DNA of 64,000 bases from Candidatus Magasanikiibacteriota bacterium (lineage in GTDB: Bacteria; Patescibacteriota; Patescibacteriia; Magasanikbacterales; 2-02-FULL-50-9b): the NCBI GenBank assembly GCA_943355025.1, contig CALRDW010000001.1:60015-124014 (forward strand), given 5' to 3'. Shown here piece after piece: positions 8,747 through 17,921 of this stretch. Numbering within the stretch: the first letter of the stretch is position 1; the number at the start of each line of letters is the position of its first letter. A program made the position numbers and the translations under genes. Below the pieces are notes generated by a model that was not told the DNA's origin, did no database searches, and worked only from the letters and a program-made list of their open reading frames with translations.

Positions 8747-9687
8747 ATGCGGTCCTCCATAACGTCGAGCGTGCGCTCGACATCAATCGCGCGTTTCATA
8801 TAACGATCAACAGTGTCATGCAACAGCATGTCATCCACGCGGCTATTGCCGGTTGCCGGCCCTGCGACCGCCATGCGGATGCCCGTTTCTTCAATGAGCT
8901 CTGACAATTCGCGTGCAAGAGTTCCCACTCGCGTGTTTGCCTGAATGGCTGCGCGATAGAGAATGTCTGTGGTTCGCTCCTTGATACCGAGCGACTGTGC
9001 GCGCAGATCTGCGGCGCGTTGACTGAGCGCGATGTTTGACTGCGGATTGAGAAGATCCTCAACCGCCGTGAGCGATGCATCATATTTTGCTGCAAAGCCA
9101 TCGATATCCGTGCGGACTCGGCCAAGGCAGTCAGAAAATTCCTGCTCCGCTTCGGTCGCATTTTGAATCGCATCTTCGGCATCTTGCCCCGTGAATTTCC
9201 CCTCATTCATCCGTCCGGAAAGGGTAATGTGGAGGCTCGCTGTTTGGGTAAGAGCTTCTTCGAGCAGTATTCGGAATAGAACAAGCTCAGATTTCGGACC
9301 AATTCGCTCCTCGCGTTCTGCTAGCAGATTTGTGCGGAGAAAATCAGTCACGAGCTCTAAATCATTTTTATACTCTTTGGCGGGCTTGCCGCCTGCCGCC
9401 GCAACAACTTCATTGATACGCTCTTGTTTAATGATCTCTTGAATAAGGATCATCGCAGCCGAAGCCAGGCCTGCAGCTATGCAGATGCACCACCAGGCTA
9501 GATAACATCCGCTCACAGCGCCAGCTATAAATAGCACGACCACTGCAAGTATCAGCATGTTGCCGTAGGCATCGTCAGCGGGAGAATCCTCCAGGATGAT
9601 TTTTTCCGTCGGCTTCTTCGTCGCTTTGCGCCACTTTTCTGCTCGGCGTGTGAGCTGTTTAAATTGCCCTGTTATGGCTTGGTCCAT
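8743..9687 (-). CDS. Hypothetical membrane protein with long helical C-terminal domain
   Basis: 314 aa ORF with two central TM helices (LILAVVVLFIAGAVSG / WCICIAAGLASAAMILI) and a helix-rich remainder. First gene of a two-gene minus-strand operon. Confidence 0.5.
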   Translation of the reverse strand: MDQAITGQFKQLTRRAEKWRKATKKPTEKIILEDSPADDAYGNMLILAVVVLFIAGAVSGCYLAWWCICIAAGLASAAMILIQEIIKQERINEVVAAAGGKPAKEYKNDLELVTDFLRTNLLAEREERIGPKSELVLFRILLEEALTQTASLHITLSGRMNEGKFTGQDAEDAIQNATEAEQEFSDCLGRVRTDIDGFAAKYDASLTAVEDLLNPQSNIALSQRAADLRAQSLGIKERTTDILYRAAIQANTRVGTLARELSELIEETGIRMAVAGPATGNSRVDDMLLHDTVDRYMKRAIDVERTLDVMEDRI

Positions 9688-9725
9688 GAGGTTTGCCTCC
9701 TGATCCGGTTGATTTTGAAGGAGCC

Positions 9726-9744
9726 ACTGCGGCTACTGCTATAT
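9726..9744. promoter_or_regulatory. Perfect palindrome CTGCTATAT-C-ATATAGCAG in divergent intergenic region
   Basis: 9 bp perfect arms. About 40 nt upstream of the minus-strand membrane operon and upstream of a TTGATT-17-TAGACT promoter-like pair for typA. Confidence 0.45.
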
Positions 9745-9858
9745 CATATAGCAGGAATTAGCGCGGTTGTCAATGGAGCGTGGCCCCAAAAACTTGATTA
9801 ATTCGCTTAGTTCTGTTAGACTACGGCAATCTGAAAAATCGCATAAATTAGCGCTCGT

Positions 9859-11661
9859 ATGGACATCCGTAATATTGCAATCATCGCCCACGTTGACCAC
9901 GGCAAAACCACACTTGTGGATGCTTTGCTTAAAATTACCAAAACAAAAATTGGTCACGACCGTCCGGATGAGCGCGTAATGGACTCCAATGACCTGGAAC
10001 GCGAACGCGGCATTACCATTTTTTCAAAAAATGCGTCAGTGCATTACGGCGACACAAAAATTAATATCATCGACACACCGGGCCACGCTGATTTTGGTGG
10101 AGAGGTTGAACGCGTGCTCAAAATGGCGGACGGCGCACTACTTTTAGTTGACGCAAAAGAAGGCCCGATGCCGCAGACAAAATTTGTTTTAAAGAAAGCG
10201 ATTAACCTTGGCTTGCGAGTTATTGTTGTTATTAATAAGATTGATAAAAAAGACGCACGTTGTGAGTTCGTACTCAACACAACGTTTGATTTGTTTGTTG
10301 CGCTTGGCGCGAGCGATTATCAGCTCGACTTTCCAGTCATTTATGCGTCAGCGATTTCAGGCAAGGCAGGTTATGAAGACAATCTCGAGGCAATGACTGA
10401 CATAACACCGATTTTTGACACAGTTATCAAGAATATCCCAGCTCCAAAGGGCGATCCAGAGGCGCCACTCCAAATGTTGGTTGTTTCGCTCCAAATGGAT
10501 AACTATAAAGGAAAACTCGGTATCGGTCGTATTTTTAACGGCCGTGTTAAAAAAGGTGACACGGTTACACACATCAATCGAGAAGGTGTCATGACGAAAC
10601 AAAAAGTTACTGCACTTCTTGCGTTTGAAGGACTTGAAAAAACGGAAATCGAACATGCGCAGGCTGGTGACATTATTTTGCTCGCAGGTGTTGGCGATGT
10701 TTCAATTGGCGACTCGATTGCTGATGCTGTCACTCCTGTTGCACTCGACATGCTTGAAATCGAACAGCCAACCGTTAAAATGACGTTCCGTGTTAATGAT
10801 TCGCCATTTAATGGAAAAGTTTCAGGTACAAAGAATACCTCGCGCCTTCTCCGCGAACGTCTCGACAAAGAATTGGAAACTGACGTTGCACTCCGCGTTG
10901 AGCAGGGAGACAGTGCTGATAATTTTGTTGTGTCGGGTCGTGGTGAATTGCACCTCGCAATTTTGATTGAAAAAATGCGCCGCGAAAATTATGAGCTTCA
11001 AGTAACGCGACCGCAAGTTGTGACGCACATGGAAAATGGTGTTGAAATGGAGCCGGCCGAGGATGTATATGTTGAAGTTCCGGAAAACTATGCGGGAACA
11101 GTTATCGAAAAACTTGGTAAGCGCCGAGGTGAGATGAAAAATTATTCAGTGCAGGATGGCCACGCGCAAGTTCATTTTTTGATTCCAACGCGCGGTCTCA
11201 TCGGTTATCGCAATGAATTCATGACCGATACAAAGGGTACCGGTATTTTGAACTCGCTTTTTAACGGATTTATTCCGTGGGTTTCAAATTTATCAACCAG
11301 TAATCACGGCTCGCTTATTGCATTTGAGGCTGGCATTACGACGGGTTACGCTCTTGAGTCAGCGGGTGAGCGCGGACAGTTGTTCGTTGGTCCTGCAATG
11401 GAAGTTTACGCAGGACAGGTTGTTGGACAAAATGCGAAGGACGATGATTTGGAAGTTAATGTGTGTAAGGAAAAGCGTTTGTCGAACATGCGCTCGTCTG
11501 GCGCTGACATGGCAGTTAAGCTCGAACCTCATCGCACACTTACACTTGAAGAAGCTATTGAATATATTGGAGATGATGAGTGGGTGGAAATTGTGCCAAG
11601 CGAAATTCGAATTCGTAAGCAGTATTTGAGCCCGAACGATCGGAAGAAAAATTCACGATAA
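9859..11661 (+). CDS. typA: Translational GTPase TypA/BipA
   Basis: AHVDHGKTTL G1 motif, DTPGH, NKID. 600 aa, EF-G-like domain order without domain IV, as in BipA. Confidence 0.9.
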   Translation: MDIRNIAIIAHVDHGKTTLVDALLKITKTKIGHDRPDERVMDSNDLERERGITIFSKNASVHYGDTKINIIDTPGHADFGGEVERVLKMADGALLLVDAKEGPMPQTKFVLKKAINLGLRVIVVINKIDKKDARCEFVLNTTFDLFVALGASDYQLDFPVIYASAISGKAGYEDNLEAMTDITPIFDTVIKNIPAPKGDPEAPLQMLVVSLQMDNYKGKLGIGRIFNGRVKKGDTVTHINREGVMTKQKVTALLAFEGLEKTEIEHAQAGDIILLAGVGDVSIGDSIADAVTPVALDMLEIEQPTVKMTFRVNDSPFNGKVSGTKNTSRLLRERLDKELETDVALRVEQGDSADNFVVSGRGELHLAILIEKMRRENYELQVTRPQVVTHMENGVEMEPAEDVYVEVPENYAGTVIEKLGKRRGEMKNYSVQDGHAQVHFLIPTRGLIGYRNEFMTDTKGTGILNSLFNGFIPWVSNLSTSNHGSLIAFEAGITTGYALESAGERGQLFVGPAMEVYAGQVVGQNAKDDDLEVNVCKEKRLSNMRSSGADMAVKLEPHRTLTLEEAIEYIGDDEWVEIVPSEIRIRKQYLSPNDRKKNSR

Positions 11662-11683
11662 ATAATTTGGAAGCTTAAGAAAA

Positions 11684-11708
11684 CCGGAGTGCAAGCTCCG
11701 GTTTTTTT
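11684..11708. terminator. Bidirectional rho-independent terminator (CCGGAG-TGCAAG-CTCCGG + T7)
   Basis: Hairpin flanked by an A-run and a T-run between the convergent typA and sugar-transferase genes. Confidence 0.65.
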
Positions 11709-11709
11709 A

Positions 11710-13080
11710 TTACTGCCCCTTCCGATATAAAATCACGTGGAATGTTTTGAGAAGAATGGTGAGGTCGAGAAAAAACGAGCGATTTTTGACGTAGTATAAA
11801 TCGTATTGAAATTTAGTGAGTTGCTGCTCTGGCGTTGCAGCGTAGGGATAATTAATCTGCGCCCATCCGGTTACGCCAGGCTTGATTAAATGTCGAACGG
11901 TGTAGTACGGCATGGTGCGTTCAAACTCATACACAAATTTTGGACGCTCTGGACGCGGGCCGATAAGACTCATGTCGCCGCGCAGCACGTTAAAAATTTG
12001 TGGTAATTCGTCGAGCCGTAGAGTGCGCATTAATTTTCCAACGGGCGTAATACGCGGATCATTGTGCGTTGTAAATTGCGCTCCGCGTAGTTCTGCGCCA
12101 CCCTGCTTGTCGAGTGCAAACATGGTGCGAAATTTGATAAGCCAAAAACGCTTACCATTTTTTCCGACACGCTCCTGTTTATAAAATAACGGACCACGTG
12201 AGGTAGCTTTGATTGCAATCGCGATCAGTGGAAAAACACAGAGGAGCGCTAATAGAGCGAACACGCAGAGAATATATTCGGCGATTCGACGAGCAACATC
12301 GTATGCGACGACACGGTCGGCTTTGAGATTTTCGAAAAACCACGCCTCGCTCAAAACACTGAGTGAAACACGACCCGTCATGGTTTCAAAAAAAGAATCA
12401 GCGGGCATCACGTGTACATTCCAAAACAACAATTCGTAAAGTTCGCGGTACATCAGTGCTTGTGCCGCATCATTTTTTGTAACAAGGACAAGCGAGATAT
12501 GATGTTCGGAAACAAGGGCACGAAGTTGCTCATGCGAATGAAAAACGGTTAAATTTTTTGGTACGTGTGTTCCTTCAGGCACAAGAACACCCGCGATTTC
12601 ATAGCCCAGCTGTTTATTGCGCTCAAGTGTTGAAAGCAGCTCAAGGGTGTCTGCATGCGGATTTACCGCGAGTACGCGTATGGCTGTGTGCGGGAGAGCA
12701 TGCATGAGTGTGCGCCAGCCGATAAAAATAATCGCATAAACTCCAGCAAGAATAAACAAATTTGTTTTTGGTGTGATGCCAAAAATGGGAATCAAATAAA
12801 ATAAACCAACAGCAATGGTGAGACCCATCGCAACGCTTTCTGTAAAGCGGCGATAGAGCGCAATTGTAGGTTTGCTCAGATACAAATCGTAGAGGCCATT
12901 AATATATGCAAGAAGTATCCACACGAAGAAGATAATGCTAAAAGGAAGAATGTGGAGCACGTATTGAACACCAAATTCTGGCAGTGTATAGCGAATTACA
13001 ATCATCACTGCAAGCGAAAGATAGAGTGTTGCGACGTCACCTGCTAGTAGAATGAATTGTCGTGCTTTGACAGCAGTCAT
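11710..13080 (-). CDS. Polyprenyl-phosphate sugar phosphotransferase (WbaP/CpsE-like bacterial sugar transferase)
   Basis: C-terminal Bac_transf motifs DELPQIFNVLRGDMSLIGPRP and PGVTGWAQIN; multi-TM N-terminus. Confidence 0.85.
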   Translation of the reverse strand: MTAVKARQFILLAGDVATLYLSLAVMIVIRYTLPEFGVQYVLHILPFSIIFFVWILLAYINGLYDLYLSKPTIALYRRFTESVAMGLTIAVGLFYLIPIFGITPKTNLFILAGVYAIIFIGWRTLMHALPHTAIRVLAVNPHADTLELLSTLERNKQLGYEIAGVLVPEGTHVPKNLTVFHSHEQLRALVSEHHISLVLVTKNDAAQALMYRELYELLFWNVHVMPADSFFETMTGRVSLSVLSEAWFFENLKADRVVAYDVARRIAEYILCVFALLALLCVFPLIAIAIKATSRGPLFYKQERVGKNGKRFWLIKFRTMFALDKQGGAELRGAQFTTHNDPRITPVGKLMRTLRLDELPQIFNVLRGDMSLIGPRPERPKFVYEFERTMPYYTVRHLIKPGVTGWAQINYPYAATPEQQLTKFQYDLYYVKNRSFFLDLTILLKTFHVILYRKGQ

Positions 13081-13141
13081 AAATACTCTGTATAATTTGA
13101 GTCGTTATACCAGATTTAGCTAGAAAAAACAAGTTCCATCT

Positions 13142-13837
13142 ATGATATCATCACAAAATAAAATTATAGCCGGCATCGTTCTCGTAGTTCTGATTTTAGG
13201 CGGTTGTTTTGCTTATTATTCAACACGTGCGCCAGGCATCCCGAGTCGTGCGTCTTTAGACGGAAAGCCAGAGCTCCAAGTGGCATATGACAAAGCGCTC
13301 GCTGCAGAAAAAGCGATTCCATCAGATAAAACAAACCCACTTCAATATGTGATCGCGAGTTCGGAATGGAAAACCATTGGCGATTTTACAAATAATCCTG
13401 TGTGGTACCGTCGCGCACTCAGCGTGTTACAGGAAGGCATCACAGCAACTAAAGGCACAAACTCGCTACTCATTACTAACGCCGCTGTAATCGCAACCAT
13501 TTCGGGCGACTTTGAAACAGCGCGCGCGCTTTACGAACAAGCAATTGCAGATGCCCCAGGCGATGGTTCATACTACACCGCACTTGCACATCTACTTTCA
13601 GGCAAAATGCACGCGAGCCAGGCAGATGTATTAAAAATTTACACTCGTGCAATAGAACGTGTTATTGGCGGAGCGGATATTATTCAGGACCGAGCACTGT
13701 ACTTTAAATCTGTTGGGCGATACGATGACGCGCTCAAGGATTACGAGCAGCTCAAAAATTCAAATATTATTTCTGCAGAGAAATATGCAGACGTGCTTGT
13801 TGAAATTAAACAACTAGAATCATCGCAACCGCGTTAA
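13142..13837 (+). CDS. Hypothetical protein with N-terminal TM anchor
   Basis: 231 aa ORF; TM helix IIAGIVLVVLILGG followed by an alpha-helical domain. No recognisable motif. Confidence 0.45.
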   Translation: MISSQNKIIAGIVLVVLILGGCFAYYSTRAPGIPSRASLDGKPELQVAYDKALAAEKAIPSDKTNPLQYVIASSEWKTIGDFTNNPVWYRRALSVLQEGITATKGTNSLLITNAAVIATISGDFETARALYEQAIADAPGDGSYYTALAHLLSGKMHASQADVLKIYTRAIERVIGGADIIQDRALYFKSVGRYDDALKDYEQLKNSNIISAEKYADVLVEIKQLESSQPR

Positions 13838-13849
13838 ACTTTTTGCTCT

Positions 13850-15850
13850 GTGATTAAAAAAAATCGTTCTCGTGCCCTTGTTTCGCTTTCAATATTTTTG
13901 TTTGTATTGTTTCCACTCACTGCAGCGGCTCGTACTTCGAACGATCCACAGATTGCTGATTTAACAGGGCCGTTTGATCAAATACATGTGCAAGACGCGT
14001 GGGATTTTACGCAAGGTTCTCCTGACGTTGTTGTTGCCGTGATTGATACGGGTGTTGATATTACAAATCCAGATCTTGTAGGAAATGTGTGGGTTAATCC
14101 CCATGATACAGCTGACGGCACAGACAATGATGGTGACGGTAATATTGATGATATTCACGGCTGGAATTTTATTGATAATAATAGCAACGTACGTCCGACA
14201 TTTACAGCGGCTGCAACGCGTATCGGACTTAATCACGGAACGATTGTTGCAGGTATTATTGGCGCGACCGGAAATAATTTGACCGGTGCAAGCGGGGTTA
14301 ATTGGCACGTTAAAATCATGGCGCTCAAAATTTTGGATGAGCATGGCGACGGCGATTCGGATCTTGCAGTTAAAGCAATTGATTACGCAATCAAGCACAA
14401 TGCAAACATTATTAATTTGAGTTTTGTTGGACCAACACCAAGTTTAAATTTTATTCAAGCAATTAGGCGTGCATATCGTGCAGGTATTTTGGTTGTTGCA
14501 GCGGGCGGGAACGCGGCCGAGAACTCGAAGGGGACGGATCTCAATGTTGTCCCACAGTATCCTGTTTGTTTTGATGATCCGCTTAAAGAAGAAAATTGGG
14601 TGCTTGGCGTAGCAGCCTTGACTGAAAATGGATTGCTCGCGCCATTCTCAAATTTTGGGAGCAAATGTATTGATCTTGCAGCCCCAGGAACGCATATTCC
14701 CGCGACCATGTTTTATGATCCGCAAAATGGATACCCGGATATTTTTGGTGGTAGTTGGTCAGGAACTTCGATCGCAGCGCCGTTTGTAACTGGTGTTGCT
14801 GCGCTCGTAAAAACGGTACAACCAACATGGGGACCTGATCAGTTGATTCGTAATTTGATAGAAACCACTGATTCGATTCCAGGCAATGATACACACGCGG
14901 CAGGACGCGGCTCGCTTAATGCTCTGCGCGCTGTGCGAAATGCGGCACAAGGTGGTGATGGAGGCTTGCCAACGGGTGTTTTTGTCTCAACTTCTGTAAG
15001 TAAGGGCGCAACGCTCGCAAAAATATTTGACTCATCATTTGTTGAACTCAAGTCATTTGAGATTTCACACATTGCCCCGAAACAATCTGTTTCGCTGGTA
15101 ACGGGAGATATTGACGGAAGCGGTGTTTCAAACATTATCGCTGCGGTTCCAGACAAAAAAGGCACGCTCATTCGTGTTTTTCAGCGCGACGGCAAATTAC
15201 TTCGCGATGTTCGACCGTTCGGTAAATCGGAACAAGGTGCGGTTCAAATTACAACACGCGACTTAGATCTCGATGGTATTGAGGAAATTATTGCTGCAAG
15301 CCCGTGGACGCACCAAGTCGTTATCATGAACAGCACGGGAAAGATCACAGGTAAAATTCAGATTCAGAATGGCAAGTTGCCGATACTTTTAACAACATTG
15401 CGTGAAGGAAGTTCTACATTTATTGTAACGGCAGTGCCAGACAAGAAAGTTGCGCACGTGTTTGTGTGGGATGTTATCGGCTCGTTTATTCGTTCCTTTG
15501 ATGTGCTTGTAACAGGTACGGGGGTTACGCTTGGTACCGCAGATTACTTAGGAGTCGGACATGAGGAATTGTTTCTGTCAGGCATTGCTGGTAACACATT
15601 GACAACACAATTTTATACGCTTGACGGAAGTCCTGACAACACACGAACGGCACAAATAAAAAACGGAAAAATTTTTGGCTTCTCCTTTGCGTTCGTTAAA
15701 GATCTTGAGGGACCAACACTTGTTGTTGCTGTTCAGCAAGGAAAAAATTATAGTTTTCAAACGGCAGATACACACGGAGCGGTTCAGCCAGTGATGACGA
15801 GCGTTAATAAAACAACCGTGCAAGGGCAAAATCTGTATTTTGGAAGATAG
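13850..15850 (+). CDS. Subtilisin-like serine protease (peptidase S8) with C-terminal FG-GAP/beta-propeller-like repeats
   Basis: Catalytic triad motifs VAVIDTGVD (Asp), HGTIVAGIIGA (His), GTSIAAPFVTGVAAL (Ser). Signal peptide present. C-terminal repeats GDIDGSG... and DLDLDG.... GTG start. Confidence 0.85.
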   Translation: MIKKNRSRALVSLSIFLFVLFPLTAAARTSNDPQIADLTGPFDQIHVQDAWDFTQGSPDVVVAVIDTGVDITNPDLVGNVWVNPHDTADGTDNDGDGNIDDIHGWNFIDNNSNVRPTFTAAATRIGLNHGTIVAGIIGATGNNLTGASGVNWHVKIMALKILDEHGDGDSDLAVKAIDYAIKHNANIINLSFVGPTPSLNFIQAIRRAYRAGILVVAAGGNAAENSKGTDLNVVPQYPVCFDDPLKEENWVLGVAALTENGLLAPFSNFGSKCIDLAAPGTHIPATMFYDPQNGYPDIFGGSWSGTSIAAPFVTGVAALVKTVQPTWGPDQLIRNLIETTDSIPGNDTHAAGRGSLNALRAVRNAAQGGDGGLPTGVFVSTSVSKGATLAKIFDSSFVELKSFEISHIAPKQSVSLVTGDIDGSGVSNIIAAVPDKKGTLIRVFQRDGKLLRDVRPFGKSEQGAVQITTRDLDLDGIEEIIAASPWTHQVVIMNSTGKITGKIQIQNGKLPILLTTLREGSSTFIVTAVPDKKVAHVFVWDVIGSFIRSFDVLVTGTGVTLGTADYLGVGHEELFLSGIAGNTLTTQFYTLDGSPDNTRTAQIKNGKIFGFSFAFVKDLEGPTLVVAVQQGKNYSFQTADTHGAVQPVMTSVNKTTVQGQNLYFGR

Positions 15851-15871
15851 GAGTGTTATACTAAGGCAGCT

Positions 15872-16885
15872 ATGCAAACCACCACGACCTTTGAAAAAAA
15901 GAATTGTCTTGTTACAGGCGGAGCCGGCTTCATCGGTTCACATTTATGCGAAGCACTGCTCCAAGAAGGGCGTGTCATTTGCATTGATGATTTGAGCAAC
16001 GGCCTTACGGCAAACATCGAACACCTGCTGGTGCATCCAGATTTTGTGTTTTTGAAACATGATGTGTCGCAGCCGCTTGACCTTGAAAATCTTCCCGAAC
16101 TTGCGCGGTTTAAAGTTTCTGTGCAAGGAGTTCAGGAAATTTTTCATCTTGCATGTCCGATGAGTGTTCGATATTTTCACGACATGCGCATCGCAACGCT
16201 CATGGCAAATAGTGCGGCTATGAAAGTGACACTTGATTGGGCTGTAAAATATAAGGCGAAATATATTTTTACTTCGAGTGCGATGGTATATGGCGCACGA
16301 ACGAGCGATACTCCGGCGAATGAGCAGACGATCGGCCTTATAAATCATATGCAGCCGCGTGCAGTGTATGACGAAGGGAAGCGCTTTGCTGAAACATTTG
16401 TATCAACGTATGCAGATACTTTTGGTGTTGATGCGCGCATTGCGCGTCTCTTTAGAACGTATGGTCCGCGTCTTAAAATGTTTGATGAGCAAATGATAAC
16501 AGAGTTTGTTGTGAGCGCGCTTGACGACAAGCCGCTGACCGTTTTTGGAACGAAAGATTTTAAAACAACACTACTCTATGTAACCGATGCTGTGTCTGCG
16601 CTCGTCAAACTTGCGAAAGCGCCTGCGGGTCTTGGTCCGATTAACTTGGGTGGCGACGAGGAGTTTACATTTACGTCCATCGCAGAACATGTTATGAAGC
16701 TGGTGGGTTCGAATCAGGAAATTCGTTATGAGCAGCCACTCGAATTTTTGTCTGAGCAACCGATTCCTGATATTTCGTACGCGAAACAGTCGCTCGGCTG
16801 GATGCCGCTCATACGCCTTGAAAATGGGTTGCAACACATGGTAGACTACGTTACTGCCAACAAAAATCGGCTGTCTTACGATTGA
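15872..16885 (+). CDS. NAD-dependent epimerase/dehydratase (UDP-glucuronate decarboxylase/UDP-xylose synthase-like SDR)
   Basis: Rossmann motif VTGGAGFIGSHL and extended-SDR catalytic YxxxK context; about 337 aa. Confidence 0.8.
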   Translation: MQTTTTFEKKNCLVTGGAGFIGSHLCEALLQEGRVICIDDLSNGLTANIEHLLVHPDFVFLKHDVSQPLDLENLPELARFKVSVQGVQEIFHLACPMSVRYFHDMRIATLMANSAAMKVTLDWAVKYKAKYIFTSSAMVYGARTSDTPANEQTIGLINHMQPRAVYDEGKRFAETFVSTYADTFGVDARIARLFRTYGPRLKMFDEQMITEFVVSALDDKPLTVFGTKDFKTTLLYVTDAVSALVKLAKAPAGLGPINLGGDEEFTFTSIAEHVMKLVGSNQEIRYEQPLEFLSEQPIPDISYAKQSLGWMPLIRLENGLQHMVDYVTANKNRLSYD

Positions 16886-16890
16886 CATGT

Positions 16891-17544
16891 ATGAAAACTC
16901 TTGTAGTATTACCTGCGTTTAATGAGGCTACTACAATTACAGAGGTTATTGCCTCACTACCACCCGAATTTGATCGGGTGGTTATTGATGACGGTTCGAC
17001 TGATAAAACAGGCGACATTGCGCGCGATGCGGGGGTTCGTGTCGTAACGCATCGGGTTAATCGAGGCCTCGGTGCGGCACTTCGAACTGGTTTTGCGTTT
17101 GCAGTGCGTGGCGGCTACGACGCAGTTGTAACGCTTGACGCTGATGGCCAACATGATCCGGCAGAGATCGGTCAATTACTCGTAGCGCTCGAGGGCGGTG
17201 CGGATATTGTTATCGGGCGGCGAATTCAATCGCACATGCCGCGTATTCGTCAGTATTACAACGCGATTGGTGGAATCATTACTTCAGGTTTGTTTGGAAC
17301 GCCAATGGTTGATGCTCAGTCGGGATTTCGAGCGCTTCGCACAGAAGCTCTTCAGCGTATGGAGCTTAGAACTTCGCGCATGGAAATTTCTTCAGAAGTC
17401 ATTGCTGAGGCACATCGTATTCATCTCAGAATCTCCGAAGTTCCTATCTCAGTTCGGTATACAGAATATTCGCTGAGCAAGGGTCAGAGTTTGGGTGAGG
17501 GAGCACGAACCGCGTGGCGATTATTTATGAGGAGCGTATCGTAG
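16891..17544 (+). CDS. Glycosyltransferase family 2 (polyprenol-phosphate sugar transferase-like)
   Basis: VVLPAFNEATTI, DDGSTD and TLDADGQHDP (DxD) motifs of GT2 / dolichol-phosphate mannosyltransferase-like enzymes. Confidence 0.8.
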   Translation: MKTLVVLPAFNEATTITEVIASLPPEFDRVVIDDGSTDKTGDIARDAGVRVVTHRVNRGLGAALRTGFAFAVRGGYDAVVTLDADGQHDPAEIGQLLVALEGGADIVIGRRIQSHMPRIRQYYNAIGGIITSGLFGTPMVDAQSGFRALRTEALQRMELRTSRMEISSEVIAEAHRIHLRISEVPISVRYTEYSLSKGQSLGEGARTAWRLFMRSVS

Positions 17545-17549
17545 TATAT

Positions 17550-17915
17550 ATGGGAAGACCAGTAATCATGCAACTTGTTTTAAGTTTACTTGCTGCCATA
17601 AGTGTATACCGCGTCGCTCTGCGGGTGCGGGCGCGACAGATGGGGCGTGCGCTTGCGGGCGTATGGTGCTCGGGCGTTGTGGTTTTTTTATTATTCGTAT
17701 GGCATCCAGAATTTGCAACGCGTGTATCTGATTTTTTGGGAATTGGTCGCGGCGTTGATGCTGCGCTCTATATCGGTGTTGCGCTTCTTTTTTACGGTGT
17801 GCTTCGAATTATCATCCGACTTGATCAACAAGATGACACACTTACTAAATTGGTGAGTGAAATTGCACTACTTCACGACGCGACGAGGAATTCTGATCTC
17901 GGCCCCCGAAAATAA
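17550..17915 (+). CDS. Small membrane protein (DUF2304-like, commonly paired with GT2)
   Basis: About 120 aa with three hydrophobic helices, immediately downstream of the GT2 gene. Family assignment is from memory only. Confidence 0.4.
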   Translation: MGRPVIMQLVLSLLAAISVYRVALRVRARQMGRALAGVWCSGVVVFLLFVWHPEFATRVSDFLGIGRGVDAALYIGVALLFYGVLRIIIRLDQQDDTLTKLVSEIALLHDATRNSDLGPRK

Positions 17916-17921
17916 TTTTAT

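Noticed and set aside
6930-9858. Classical tRNA-integrated genomic island
   Set aside because: The compositionally distinct block lies on the 5' side of the minus-strand tRNA-Glu, not at its 3' end. No integrase, recombinase or obvious attachment direct repeat is visible. It is reported only as a compositional anomaly.
9767-9979. 70 aa plus-strand ORF upstream of and overlapping typA
   Set aside because: It overlaps the typA start in another frame and lies in a promoter/palindrome region. It is most likely non-coding.
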